NCBI GenBank assembly: GCA_049701555.1 | Contig: JBNATO010000001.1 | Location: forward strand, 12,380 to 40,131 | From: Thermacetogeniaceae bacterium | Lineage (GTDB): Bacteria > Bacillota > DSM-12270 > Thermacetogeniales > Thermacetogeniaceae | Direction of reading: 5' to 3' | Length of the DNA stretch: 27,752 nucleotides | Shown here: one piece after another, positions 18,380-25,430 of the stretch | Position numbering within the stretch: position 1 is the stretch's first letter | Layout: the number at the start of each line of letters is the position of its first letter | Program-made: the position numbers and the translations under genes | Notes under the pieces: generated by a model | The model's input: the letters and a program-made list of their open reading frames with translations, nothing else | Told to the model about the DNA's origin: nothing | The model's database searches: none

Positions 18380-20851
18380 TTACAGTTCCTCGAACTCCGT
18401 TCTCTCGATGATCTGCCGCTGTACATCTGGGCCGAGGTCGATGAACCTGGCGGTGAACCCGGCGACCCTGACCATCAGGTCGGGGTACTTCTCGGGGTGC
18501 TTCTGGGCGTCCAGCAGCATCCTCCTGTCGACGATGTTGAACTGGATCTGGTAGCCACCGAGGCGGAAATAGGTGTCACAGAGCCTGATGAACTTCTCGG
18601 TGCCGATGTCACCGGAGACGGCAGCTGGGTTGAACTTCATGTTGAAGAGCGTCGCCTGCAGGTTGTCAGCATGGACCTTGGCCGCAGACTTGATCATGCT
18701 CGTGGGGCCATTCACGTCAGTGCCGGGGAATGCCGAGATAGCGCCGTCTGCCAGGTAATCGCCCGCCTTTCGGCCATCAGGGCTGGCGCCGCAGGCCTTT
18801 CCGTGCAGGACCTGTGTCGTCACAGAGAGGGTGCTCGGGCGCCAGGGCTCGCCCAGCCAGTTCAATCTCTTCTGAGCGCTCTCAGACCAGGCGTCGTAGA
18901 GGTCCACCAGGATCTGGTCGACATAGTCGTCGTCGTTGCCGTACTTCGGGGCTTCCTTCAGCTTGCGGCGCAGGAGCTCATGGCCCTCGAAGTTGTCGGC
19001 AAGCGCCTTCTTGATCTCCTGGATGGTGTAAACCTTGTCCTCGTAGACGAGCTTCTTGAGCGCAGCCAGGCTGTTGGCGACGTTGACCATGCCGCAGGTG
19101 ATCACGTAAGCGGGGTCGTTGTAGCGGCAACCTCCCTCATAGGCGTGCATCCCCTTTTCCAAACAGTCGTCGAGGAGGGCAGACATGAAGGGGTGAACGA
19201 GGCCGAGCTCGTTGTGCACCAGCATGATGGTGTTCCAGTACTCTTCCTGGCGGTCTACGATCAGGTCCATGATCCTCTTGTACTCAGCGACGATCTCCTC
19301 GTATGTGGCCTTTTCGGCATCGATCTGGGTATCCACGAGCTTATCGCCGGTCACAGGGTTTACCCCGTTGTTGAGGACGAGCTCCAGGATCTTTAGGTTG
19401 TTGGTATGTGGTATGGCGTACATCGGCATCCTCTTGCCGCAGATCTGTATGTCCACGCAGCCGCAGGGAGCCCAGTCCCTGGCGTCCTCTAGGTTGGCGC
19501 CGGTCACTCTCATAAACCTCTGTGTGGCCAACTCATCGTTGAACAGCGCCGGGTAACCGTTTCCAGCCTTGATCGCCTCTATAACCTTCCTCTTGAACTC
19601 CTTGCTCATATCCTCGCGCCAGCGCACAGAGATCGTCGGCTGCCATGTCTTCACGTTGATCCCTGCCTGCAGGATAAGGCGCGACAGCTCGTTGTCCGCA
19701 GGGCGCCCGTAACGGTCTACACCGCCGATGGTCAAGTTCTGGTATACGCTGCCGCCGAGGTAAGACTCCGTAAACGTGGCGTGCGCTCTGGTGATCTCCG
19801 AGCATTTGATCCGCATCAGCTCCAGCAGCTCCAAGGCCTGCGCCTCTGTGATCCTGCCGGAGTCGATGTCGTTCTTAAACGGCCTGTACATGTACTGGTC
19901 GAATCTCCCCGGCGAAATCCCTCTCCCGTTGAGCTCGATGAAGAGGCAGACATGGGTGAACCAGAACGACTGCATCGCCTCGTGGAAGGTATCGGCGGGC
20001 TTCCTCGGGACCTTGCGGCAGATCCTGGCGATCTCTAGAAGCTCCTGCTTTCTCCTGTCATCCTTACACTCCGCCGCCAGCCTCTCGGCCTCTCTGGCAT
20101 AGTTTTCGGCAAAGGCGATGACACCCTCGAGAGCCAGTATGGTCCCTTTGTAGAAGTTGTACTTGTCGAGCTTCTCCTTTGTGTTCAGCTGTCCAAGCCT
20201 GGCGATCTTCTCCTCGATGAGGGCGATCAAGGCCTCAAGGCCGAGGTCGATCACCTTCTGGTAGTCGACGATGACCCTCCCCTCAGGAACATCGAACATG
20301 AACCTCAAGAAAACCAGCTGCTGCTGCCACTTCTCCACCTGGTCGAAGTCGGGCATCGTCGCCTTGAGATACCTCTCGGCCACGCTCCTCCAGTCGCGGC
20401 CCTCCCAGAACTTGCAGACCTCAAGGATCTTCTCCTGGTCCTCCTCGTAGATCCTGTAGATCCCCAGCCTGTTTCCGCCGCGCTCCTGCAAGGTTCCCTT
20501 GATGTAGCGCTCCTCGACCCTCTTGATGTTCTTGAACCCCTCGAGCATCCACGTCTCGTACTCAGGGTAGACCTGCGTCCCGCGGAAGTACCTGGAGATG
20601 TTCCCGACTATCAGCTCCTCGTCCCAGATCCTCGGGGTGAGGTTTTCCAGGACGTACTTCAGAGCACCGCCTGCCCTCAGGTAGACCGGCTCGTTCCAGT
20701 GCTCCTTCATGTACTCGGTGAACAGCACCGCACGCTCAGAGTCGATAAAGGGCTCCTCAGAGACCAAAGCTTCAAACCTCTTCTTCACGCGCTCTGTCGA
20801 AGGAGCCCCCTTTACCTCCCTGTCGACGTACGCCACCTCTCCCTTCGACAT
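18380..20851 (-). CDS. Glycyl radical enzyme (PFL-like superfamily) of unknown specificity, resembling the arylacetate-decarboxylase group
   Basis: Gly loop VRVAGF (18455-18469), Cys loop APCGCVD (CGCVD at 19451-19465), ELIVG, SPGRFDQY, GNGYPALFND, PKYGNDDDYVD, QFNIVD. Start ATG 20851 after GGGGGAG; 823 aa. Confidence 0.95.
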   Translation of the reverse strand: MSKGEVAYVDREVKGAPSTERVKKRFEALVSEEPFIDSERAVLFTEYMKEHWNEPVYLRAGGALKYVLENLTPRIWDEELIVGNISRYFRGTQVYPEYETWMLEGFKNIKRVEERYIKGTLQERGGNRLGIYRIYEEDQEKILEVCKFWEGRDWRSVAERYLKATMPDFDQVEKWQQQLVFLRFMFDVPEGRVIVDYQKVIDLGLEALIALIEEKIARLGQLNTKEKLDKYNFYKGTILALEGVIAFAENYAREAERLAAECKDDRRKQELLEIARICRKVPRKPADTFHEAMQSFWFTHVCLFIELNGRGISPGRFDQYMYRPFKNDIDSGRITEAQALELLELMRIKCSEITRAHATFTESYLGGSVYQNLTIGGVDRYGRPADNELSRLILQAGINVKTWQPTISVRWREDMSKEFKRKVIEAIKAGNGYPALFNDELATQRFMRVTGANLEDARDWAPCGCVDIQICGKRMPMYAIPHTNNLKILELVLNNGVNPVTGDKLVDTQIDAEKATYEEIVAEYKRIMDLIVDRQEEYWNTIMLVHNELGLVHPFMSALLDDCLEKGMHAYEGGCRYNDPAYVITCGMVNVANSLAALKKLVYEDKVYTIQEIKKALADNFEGHELLRRKLKEAPKYGNDDDYVDQILVDLYDAWSESAQKRLNWLGEPWRPSTLSVTTQVLHGKACGASPDGRKAGDYLADGAISAFPGTDVNGPTSMIKSAAKVHADNLQATLFNMKFNPAAVSGDIGTEKFIRLCDTYFRLGGYQIQFNIVDRRMLLDAQKHPEKYPDLMVRVAGFTARFIDLGPDVQRQIIERTEFEEL

Positions 20852-20915
20852 ACTTTCGTCTCCCCCTCTCACGCACAATTTAAACTTTTTCCTGCTGAAC
20901 CGCAGAAGAGTTGCA

Positions 20916-20924
20916 TGCTATAAT
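20916..20924 (+). promoter_or_regulatory. Putative sigmaA extended -10 (TGcTATAAT) pointing toward the NtrC-like regulator
   Basis: Perfect TG-N-TATAAT on plus, about 250 bp upstream of ATG 21171; weak -35. Confidence 0.45.
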
Positions 20925-20950
20925 TGAGTTAGGATGCACTGTATACAAGA

Positions 20951-20968
20951 TTGCAATTTATGTGCCAT
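20951..20968 (-). promoter_or_regulatory. Sigma54 (-24/-12) promoter of the GRE operon
   Basis: Minus strand reads ATGGCAC-ATAAA-TTGCAA, an exact TGGCAC-N5-TTGCA with GG-N10-GC spacing, about 100 bp before the GRE start. Confidence 0.9.
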
Positions 20969-21170
20969 TCCCACAAGACACAAGACAACCCACAGGGATA
21001 CGCCCACGGTGATCGCTTAAGAAAGGATGATCCTGCCGCTTAGAGACAAAGAACCGTTCGGTCAGGCCGAATTATCGGCTAGAGCGACCGACTTTCTGTC
21101 CAGCTGCAAACTTCGCTCGCCTCGAAAAAATGGCCCAGGGAAGAATACCATCCATTAGGGGGATTATCGG

Positions 21171-22640
21171 ATGGGGCGAATTCTCATCGTCGACGATGAC
21201 CGCGATGTGTGTAATTTTTTCTTTTATCTCCTCGAGCCGAAGGGACACGAGGTTTTATTGGCAGAATCGGGAGAGAAGGCCAGAAGGGCATTCCGCCAGC
21301 CGCTGCACTTAGCCATCCTTGACCTCAAGCTTCCCGATGCCGATGGCCTGGAACTCCTCAAAGAGGTCAAATCTCACCAGCCGAGCTGCGAAGTGATCAT
21401 GATGACAGGCTACTCCACCGTAAGATCTGCTGTCAAGGCCATCCAGCTAGGGGCCTTCGATTACCTGGAAAAACCTTTCAGCAACCTGGACGCCTTGCAT
21501 GAGGTCATCAACAAAGCCTTGAACAAGGCGACAACCCTGATGTCCCAAGAAGCGCCCGCCCTGGAAGAAGGGATAGGGAGCATCTTGAAAGAGCTCGAGT
21601 TCATCGCCGGAAAAAGCGAGAGCATGCGCAAGCTCCTCATGATCGCCAAAAAGCTCGCCAACAAGAACATCCCCATACTGATCCAGGGGGAGACAGGAAG
21701 CGGAAAGGAGATGGTGGCGCGCTTCATCCACGCCGCCAGCAGCAGGGCCAGCAGGCCGTTTATGGCGGTCAACTGCGGAGCTTTGCCGGAGAGCCTCCTC
21801 GAGAGCACGCTCTTTGGGCATGAGCGGGGAGCATTCACAGGAGCCACAAACCAAGTAAAGGGAATATTTGAGCTGGCGCACAAGGGCACCCTCTTCCTGG
21901 ACGAGATCGGCGACGCCAGCCAGGAGATCCAGGTAAAGCTGCTGAGGGTGCTGGAAACCGGCGAGGTGTTCCGGATCGGAGCGGAAAAGCCCATCCATGT
22001 CGATGTGCGGCTGATGGCGGCGACCAACAAGAACCTGGAAGAGCTCGTGGAGCAGAGGGTATTTCGTGAAGACCTCTTCTACAGGTTGAACGTCGTCACC
22101 CTGGAGGTGCCCCCGCTGCGCCAGAGAAAAGAGGAGATCCCTGACCTCATCGAGCACTTCCTCGCCAAATACTACTTCCCAGCGAAACCGCCCCTGCTCA
22201 CGCCACAGGCGAGGAAGGCCCTGCTCGACTACCATTGGCCCGGCAACATCAGGGAGCTTCGCAACGTCATAGCGCAGATCGCCGCACTATGCGACCAGCC
22301 GGAGATCCGGCTGGAACACCTGCCGAAGAAGGTGCTGAACAGGACAGAGCATGGCAAAAGGCTTGCTGCAGCCCCCTCAGAGGACAGGCCCGCATCGCCG
22401 GTTCAGCTCTTCTTCGATGATCTCGAGGCAAGCTTTGACAGGCTTCTGAGAAGCATCGACATCACCTCTGGCGTCGACCTCCCAGAATTCCTCGACAAAT
22501 TCCGAGAACACAAGCTGCGATTCGCAAGGGCTTTGATCGACAAGGCATTAAAGGAGACCAAGGGGCGTTGCCGGGAAGCCGCGGCGCTGCTCCACACCAC
22601 ACCGCGCCATATAAAATACCTGAAAAACGAAAAACAATAA
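21171..22640 (+). CDS. NtrC-family sigma54-dependent response regulator (REC-AAA+-HTH)
   Basis: ILIVDDD, AILDLKLPD, GETGSGKE, ESTLFGHERGAFTGA, LFLDEIG, DLFYRLNV, WPGNIREL. Confidence 0.95.
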   Translation: MGRILIVDDDRDVCNFFFYLLEPKGHEVLLAESGEKARRAFRQPLHLAILDLKLPDADGLELLKEVKSHQPSCEVIMMTGYSTVRSAVKAIQLGAFDYLEKPFSNLDALHEVINKALNKATTLMSQEAPALEEGIGSILKELEFIAGKSESMRKLLMIAKKLANKNIPILIQGETGSGKEMVARFIHAASSRASRPFMAVNCGALPESLLESTLFGHERGAFTGATNQVKGIFELAHKGTLFLDEIGDASQEIQVKLLRVLETGEVFRIGAEKPIHVDVRLMAATNKNLEELVEQRVFREDLFYRLNVVTLEVPPLRQRKEEIPDLIEHFLAKYYFPAKPPLLTPQARKALLDYHWPGNIRELRNVIAQIAALCDQPEIRLEHLPKKVLNRTEHGKRLAAAPSEDRPASPVQLFFDDLEASFDRLLRSIDITSGVDLPEFLDKFREHKLRFARALIDKALKETKGRCREAAALLHTTPRHIKYLKNEKQ

Positions 22641-22659
22641 AATCCTTTTTGAAATCGTT

Positions 22660-22677
22660 CTGGTACAGAATTTGCAT
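22660..22677 (+). promoter_or_regulatory. Sigma54 (-24/-12) promoter of the MoxR-VWA-MoaD-MoeB operon
   Basis: CTGGTAC-AGAAT-TTGCAT with GG-N10-GC spacing, about 80 bp before the MoxR start. Confidence 0.8.
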
Positions 22678-22756
22678 TTTGATGACTAACAAGAGAAAAA
22701 TTTAGCGACCTTTTTATCAGCAGCTTGGTTAGAAATACTCTGGAGGAGTGATCTCA

Positions 22757-23629
22757 GTGTTTTCCTCAATTGACGAGCTTCAGCAGAAGTTCTCAGAGTG
22801 CCAGTATATCGTCGATCGCCCCGTAGCCACAGTGGTTTACCTTGCTCTCAAGCTCCAAAAACCCATTTTGGTAGAGGGGCCCGCCGGAGTGGGGAAAACG
22901 GAACTCGCCCGAGTTTTGGCTGAGTCTACCAACAGCCCTCTGATCCGACTTCAGTGCTATGAAGGTCTCGATGAGGCGAAGGCGCTTTATGAGTGGAATT
23001 ATCAGAAACAGCTGCTGCGCCTTTACCTCGATCAGGCGCAGCAAAAAACCTGGGACGAAACCAAACATAACATCTTCACTGAGGAATTTCTGCTCGCCAG
23101 GCCTTTGCTGAAGTCCCTCCTTTCTGAGAGGCCTGCGGTGTTGTTGATCGACGAGGTCGACAAGAGCGATGAAGAGTTTGAAAGCTTCCTCTTAGAGATC
23201 TTATCCGACTACCAGGTGAGCATTCCGGAGTTCGGAACAGTGAAAGCAAAGCACATCCCTGTTGTTGTGCTCACCAGCAACAACTCCCGCGACTTCGGTG
23301 ATGCCCTCAAGAGGAGGTGTGTCCATCTTTACCTCGATTATCCTTCATATGAAAGGGAACTGGAGATCGTTCGTCTCAAAGTTCCTGGGATTAAAGAGGC
23401 TTTAGCCCGCCAGCTCGTTCGTTTTGTCCAAAATTTACGGGGGCAAAAGTTGAAAAAGGCACCCAGCATTGCCGAAACCATCGAGTGGGCGCAGGCCTTG
23501 CTCGCCCTTGGGGTTGACTCTCTTGATGCGGAAACCGTTGAAAGCACCTTGGGGATCTTGCTGAAGTATCAGAGTGACATCGAAAAGGTGACCGCGAAAA
23601 AGGTGGCATCTCTTTTGCCAGGCCAGTAA
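22757..23629 (+). CDS. MoxR-family AAA+ ATPase (CoxD-like)
   Basis: Walker A GPAGVGKT, RLQCYEGLD...ALYEWNY, Walker B LLIDEVDK, LTSN, DALKRRC. Start GTG 22757 fits RBS GGAGG (ORF track gives 22748). Confidence 0.92.
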   Translation: MFSSIDELQQKFSECQYIVDRPVATVVYLALKLQKPILVEGPAGVGKTELARVLAESTNSPLIRLQCYEGLDEAKALYEWNYQKQLLRLYLDQAQQKTWDETKHNIFTEEFLLARPLLKSLLSERPAVLLIDEVDKSDEEFESFLLEILSDYQVSIPEFGTVKAKHIPVVVLTSNNSRDFGDALKRRCVHLYLDYPSYERELEIVRLKVPGIKEALARQLVRFVQNLRGQKLKKAPSIAETIEWAQALLALGVDSLDAETVESTLGILLKYQSDIEKVTAKKVASLLPGQ

Positions 23630-23650
23630 GCGGAAGGACGGCTGTCGTTC

Positions 23651-24202
23651 ATGGAAGAGAAGGTGTTGGAGTTCTGTCGCCTCCTGCGAAAGTATGGACT
23701 CGTTGTTTCCTTTTCTCAGATCATTGACGTCCTCAAAGCGGTCGCTGAGGTTGGCTTCGACCGCGAGGACTTCTATCACGCTCTGAGAGCGATTCTCATT
23801 GTCGAGCAGGAAGATCTCCCACTTTTCGACAATCTCTTCAGGCTTTACTTCCAGCAGCCGCTGTCCAAGTATAAAAAGCCGAAGGATAGCAAGGCTTCTG
23901 ATTTTGATGATGCCGGAAACCCCGAAGGCAAAGATATCGAAATGACCGAAAGCGCTGAGGGAGCAGGGATGGGCGTCGAGGGGGAGCAGCTCCCTCCCGG
24001 TTCTCCCGCCCATCTCCTCGCCAAGGCTGTGCTCGAAGGCAACTATCCCCTCCTGCGAGCGCTCGCTGACATGGGCGTGCGCAGCCTAGGCAGGCTCAAG
24101 CCGGAAGACTTCAAAAGGATGGATGACTTGATCGAGCAGGCCAAGAAAAACATCGGTTGGGACGAGGCCCTGGAGATCCTCTTCCCCTCTCGCGGTTTTT
24201 AA
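23651..24202 (+). CDS. N-terminal part of a CoxE-like VWA protein (split gene, part 1)
   Basis: EFCRLLRKYGL...DREDFYHALRAIL...LPLFDNLFRLYF is a typical CoxE N-terminus; ends at TAA 24200-24202 with no VWA domain. Confidence 0.7.
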   Translation: MEEKVLEFCRLLRKYGLVVSFSQIIDVLKAVAEVGFDREDFYHALRAILIVEQEDLPLFDNLFRLYFQQPLSKYKKPKDSKASDFDDAGNPEGKDIEMTESAEGAGMGVEGEQLPPGSPAHLLAKAVLEGNYPLLRALADMGVRSLGRLKPEDFKRMDDLIEQAKKNIGWDEALEILFPSRGF

Positions 24203-24261
24203 TCCAGGGTTTTTGAACCTCCGCCCGTGTGTTGGCTTGGATTGAGAAAGGAGAGAGACTA

Positions 24262-25164
24262 TTGAAGGGAACAGCCTTTTTTCGACCTGCTGCAGATGAC
24301 CCTGCAGTGCTGTTCGAACGCCTCCACTATGTTGAAGAAACGATGAAAAAGATCCTTTTGGAGATCTTCGAGAAACGGGTCGGAGTGGATGTTGTGGAAC
24401 AGACCCTGGGCTCTTTTAACCCGGAGCAGATGGAGTTCTACCAACTCGACAAACCAGAAATTTACCAGCTTGAGATCGAAGAGATCAAGCGGCGGATCGC
24501 CAAGCTTTCCAGAAAATTGGCCTGCAGGTATGCCCGGCGCTACCGGAAGGCAAAGCACGGGAGGATCGATCTCAGGAGAACGATCGCCAATGCCATGAAG
24601 ACCGGCGGAATCCCCATCACCCTCAAACACAGGAAAAGGATTATCAGCAAGCCGGAGATCGTCCTTCTCTGCGATGTCTCGGGGTCTGTGGCTGTTTTCA
24701 GTGAGTTTATGCTTCAGCTGGTCTATACCATCCAGAATAAATTCCGGGCAGTGCGTTCTTTCCTTTTTATAGATGCCATCGATGAGGTTACTGACTGCTT
24801 TCTCAGGAACCCCATCGAAGAAGCGATCGGCGAGGCCTTCGCCAACGCCAAGTTCGCTTTCTCCGGTTTTTCCGATTACGGCAGGGTGTTTGCCATGTTT
24901 GTAAACAAGTACCTTCCCACTGTCTCCCCGAAGAGCACGGTGATCATCCTGGGTGATGCCAGAAACAACGGCTATCCCGATGACCGCAAATTTTTGGAGA
25001 AGATCAGAAACCGCGTCAAGAGGGTTCTTTGGTTTAACCCTCAACCTCAGGAACAGTGGGACAAAGAGGACAGCATCATGAGCGTCTACGCTCAGTACTG
25101 CGACCAGGTCTTCGAATGCCGCAACCTCAAGCAGCTGGAGAAGGCAGTCGAGGCGATCGTCTGA
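24262..25164 (+). CDS. C-terminal VWA domain of a CoxE-like protein (split gene, part 2)
   Basis: GRIDLRRTI, MIDAS LLCDVSGSV, SDYG, IILGDARNN, WFNPQP. Likely start TTG 24262, 8 nt after AAAGGAG; the open frame begins at GTG 24229. Confidence 0.75.
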   Translation: MKGTAFFRPAADDPAVLFERLHYVEETMKKILLEIFEKRVGVDVVEQTLGSFNPEQMEFYQLDKPEIYQLEIEEIKRRIAKLSRKLACRYARRYRKAKHGRIDLRRTIANAMKTGGIPITLKHRKRIISKPEIVLLCDVSGSVAVFSEFMLQLVYTIQNKFRAVRSFLFIDAIDEVTDCFLRNPIEEAIGEAFANAKFAFSGFSDYGRVFAMFVNKYLPTVSPKSTVIILGDARNNGYPDDRKFLEKIRNRVKRVLWFNPQPQEQWDKEDSIMSVYAQYCDQVFECRNLKQLEKAVEAIV

Positions 25165-25190
25165 AGAAAACAAAGAAAGGGGTAAAGGGG

Positions 25191-25430
25191 ATGAAGGTCA
25201 ACGTCTATTTCTATGCCGAGGGGATCGACATGTTTGTCCCTAACGCCAGGTTTGGAGAAAAAACAGAGGTGGAAGCGCCAGAAGGGGCTATAGTCGGCGA
25301 TGTGCTCAAGAAATTGGGGATACCTTTGAACGTCTTCGGAGTCCTTCTCAACGGCAAAAGCGTCCCCTACGATAAGAAGTGCAGCGAAAACGACTCCATC
25401 TACATCGTCGAAGCGATAAACGGGGCATGA
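25191..25430 (+). CDS. MoaD/ThiS-like ubiquitin-fold protein ending in Gly-Ala
   Basis: 79 aa from ATG 25191 (RBS AAAGGGG); beta-grasp pattern VGDVLKKLGIP...VLLNGK...ENDSIYI; C-terminus AINGA. Confidence 0.8.
   Translation: MKVNVYFYAEGIDMFVPNARFGEKTEVEAPEGAIVGDVLKKLGIPLNVFGVLLNGKSVPYDKKCSENDSIYIVEAINGA

Noticed and set aside
8012-19396. Long antisense or alternate-frame ORFs (e.g. 8012-9217, 10558-11610, 11780-12574, 13477-14271, 14399-15469, 18362-19396; likewise 3717-4589, 21447-22235, 24259-25173)
   Set aside because: They shadow well-supported genes on the opposite strand, have no motifs or RBS, and are expected from GC-rich third codon positions.
18380-20851. GRE as pyruvate formate-lyase, CutC, diol dehydratase or benzylsuccinate synthase
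   Set aside because: No adjacent CC pair, no GCVE, no microcompartment genes, and no small BSS subunits or bbs genes.
21027-21158. 43-codon ORF upstream of the NtrC-like gene
   Set aside because: The purine tract touches the ATG, the composition is unremarkable, and it overlaps the probable enhancer region.
24194-24216. Programmed -1 frameshift or selenocysteine read-through joining the VWA halves
   Set aside because: A -1 slip on the T run meets TGA at 24214-24216. Sec is implausible at this non-catalytic position and I see no SECIS-like hairpin.
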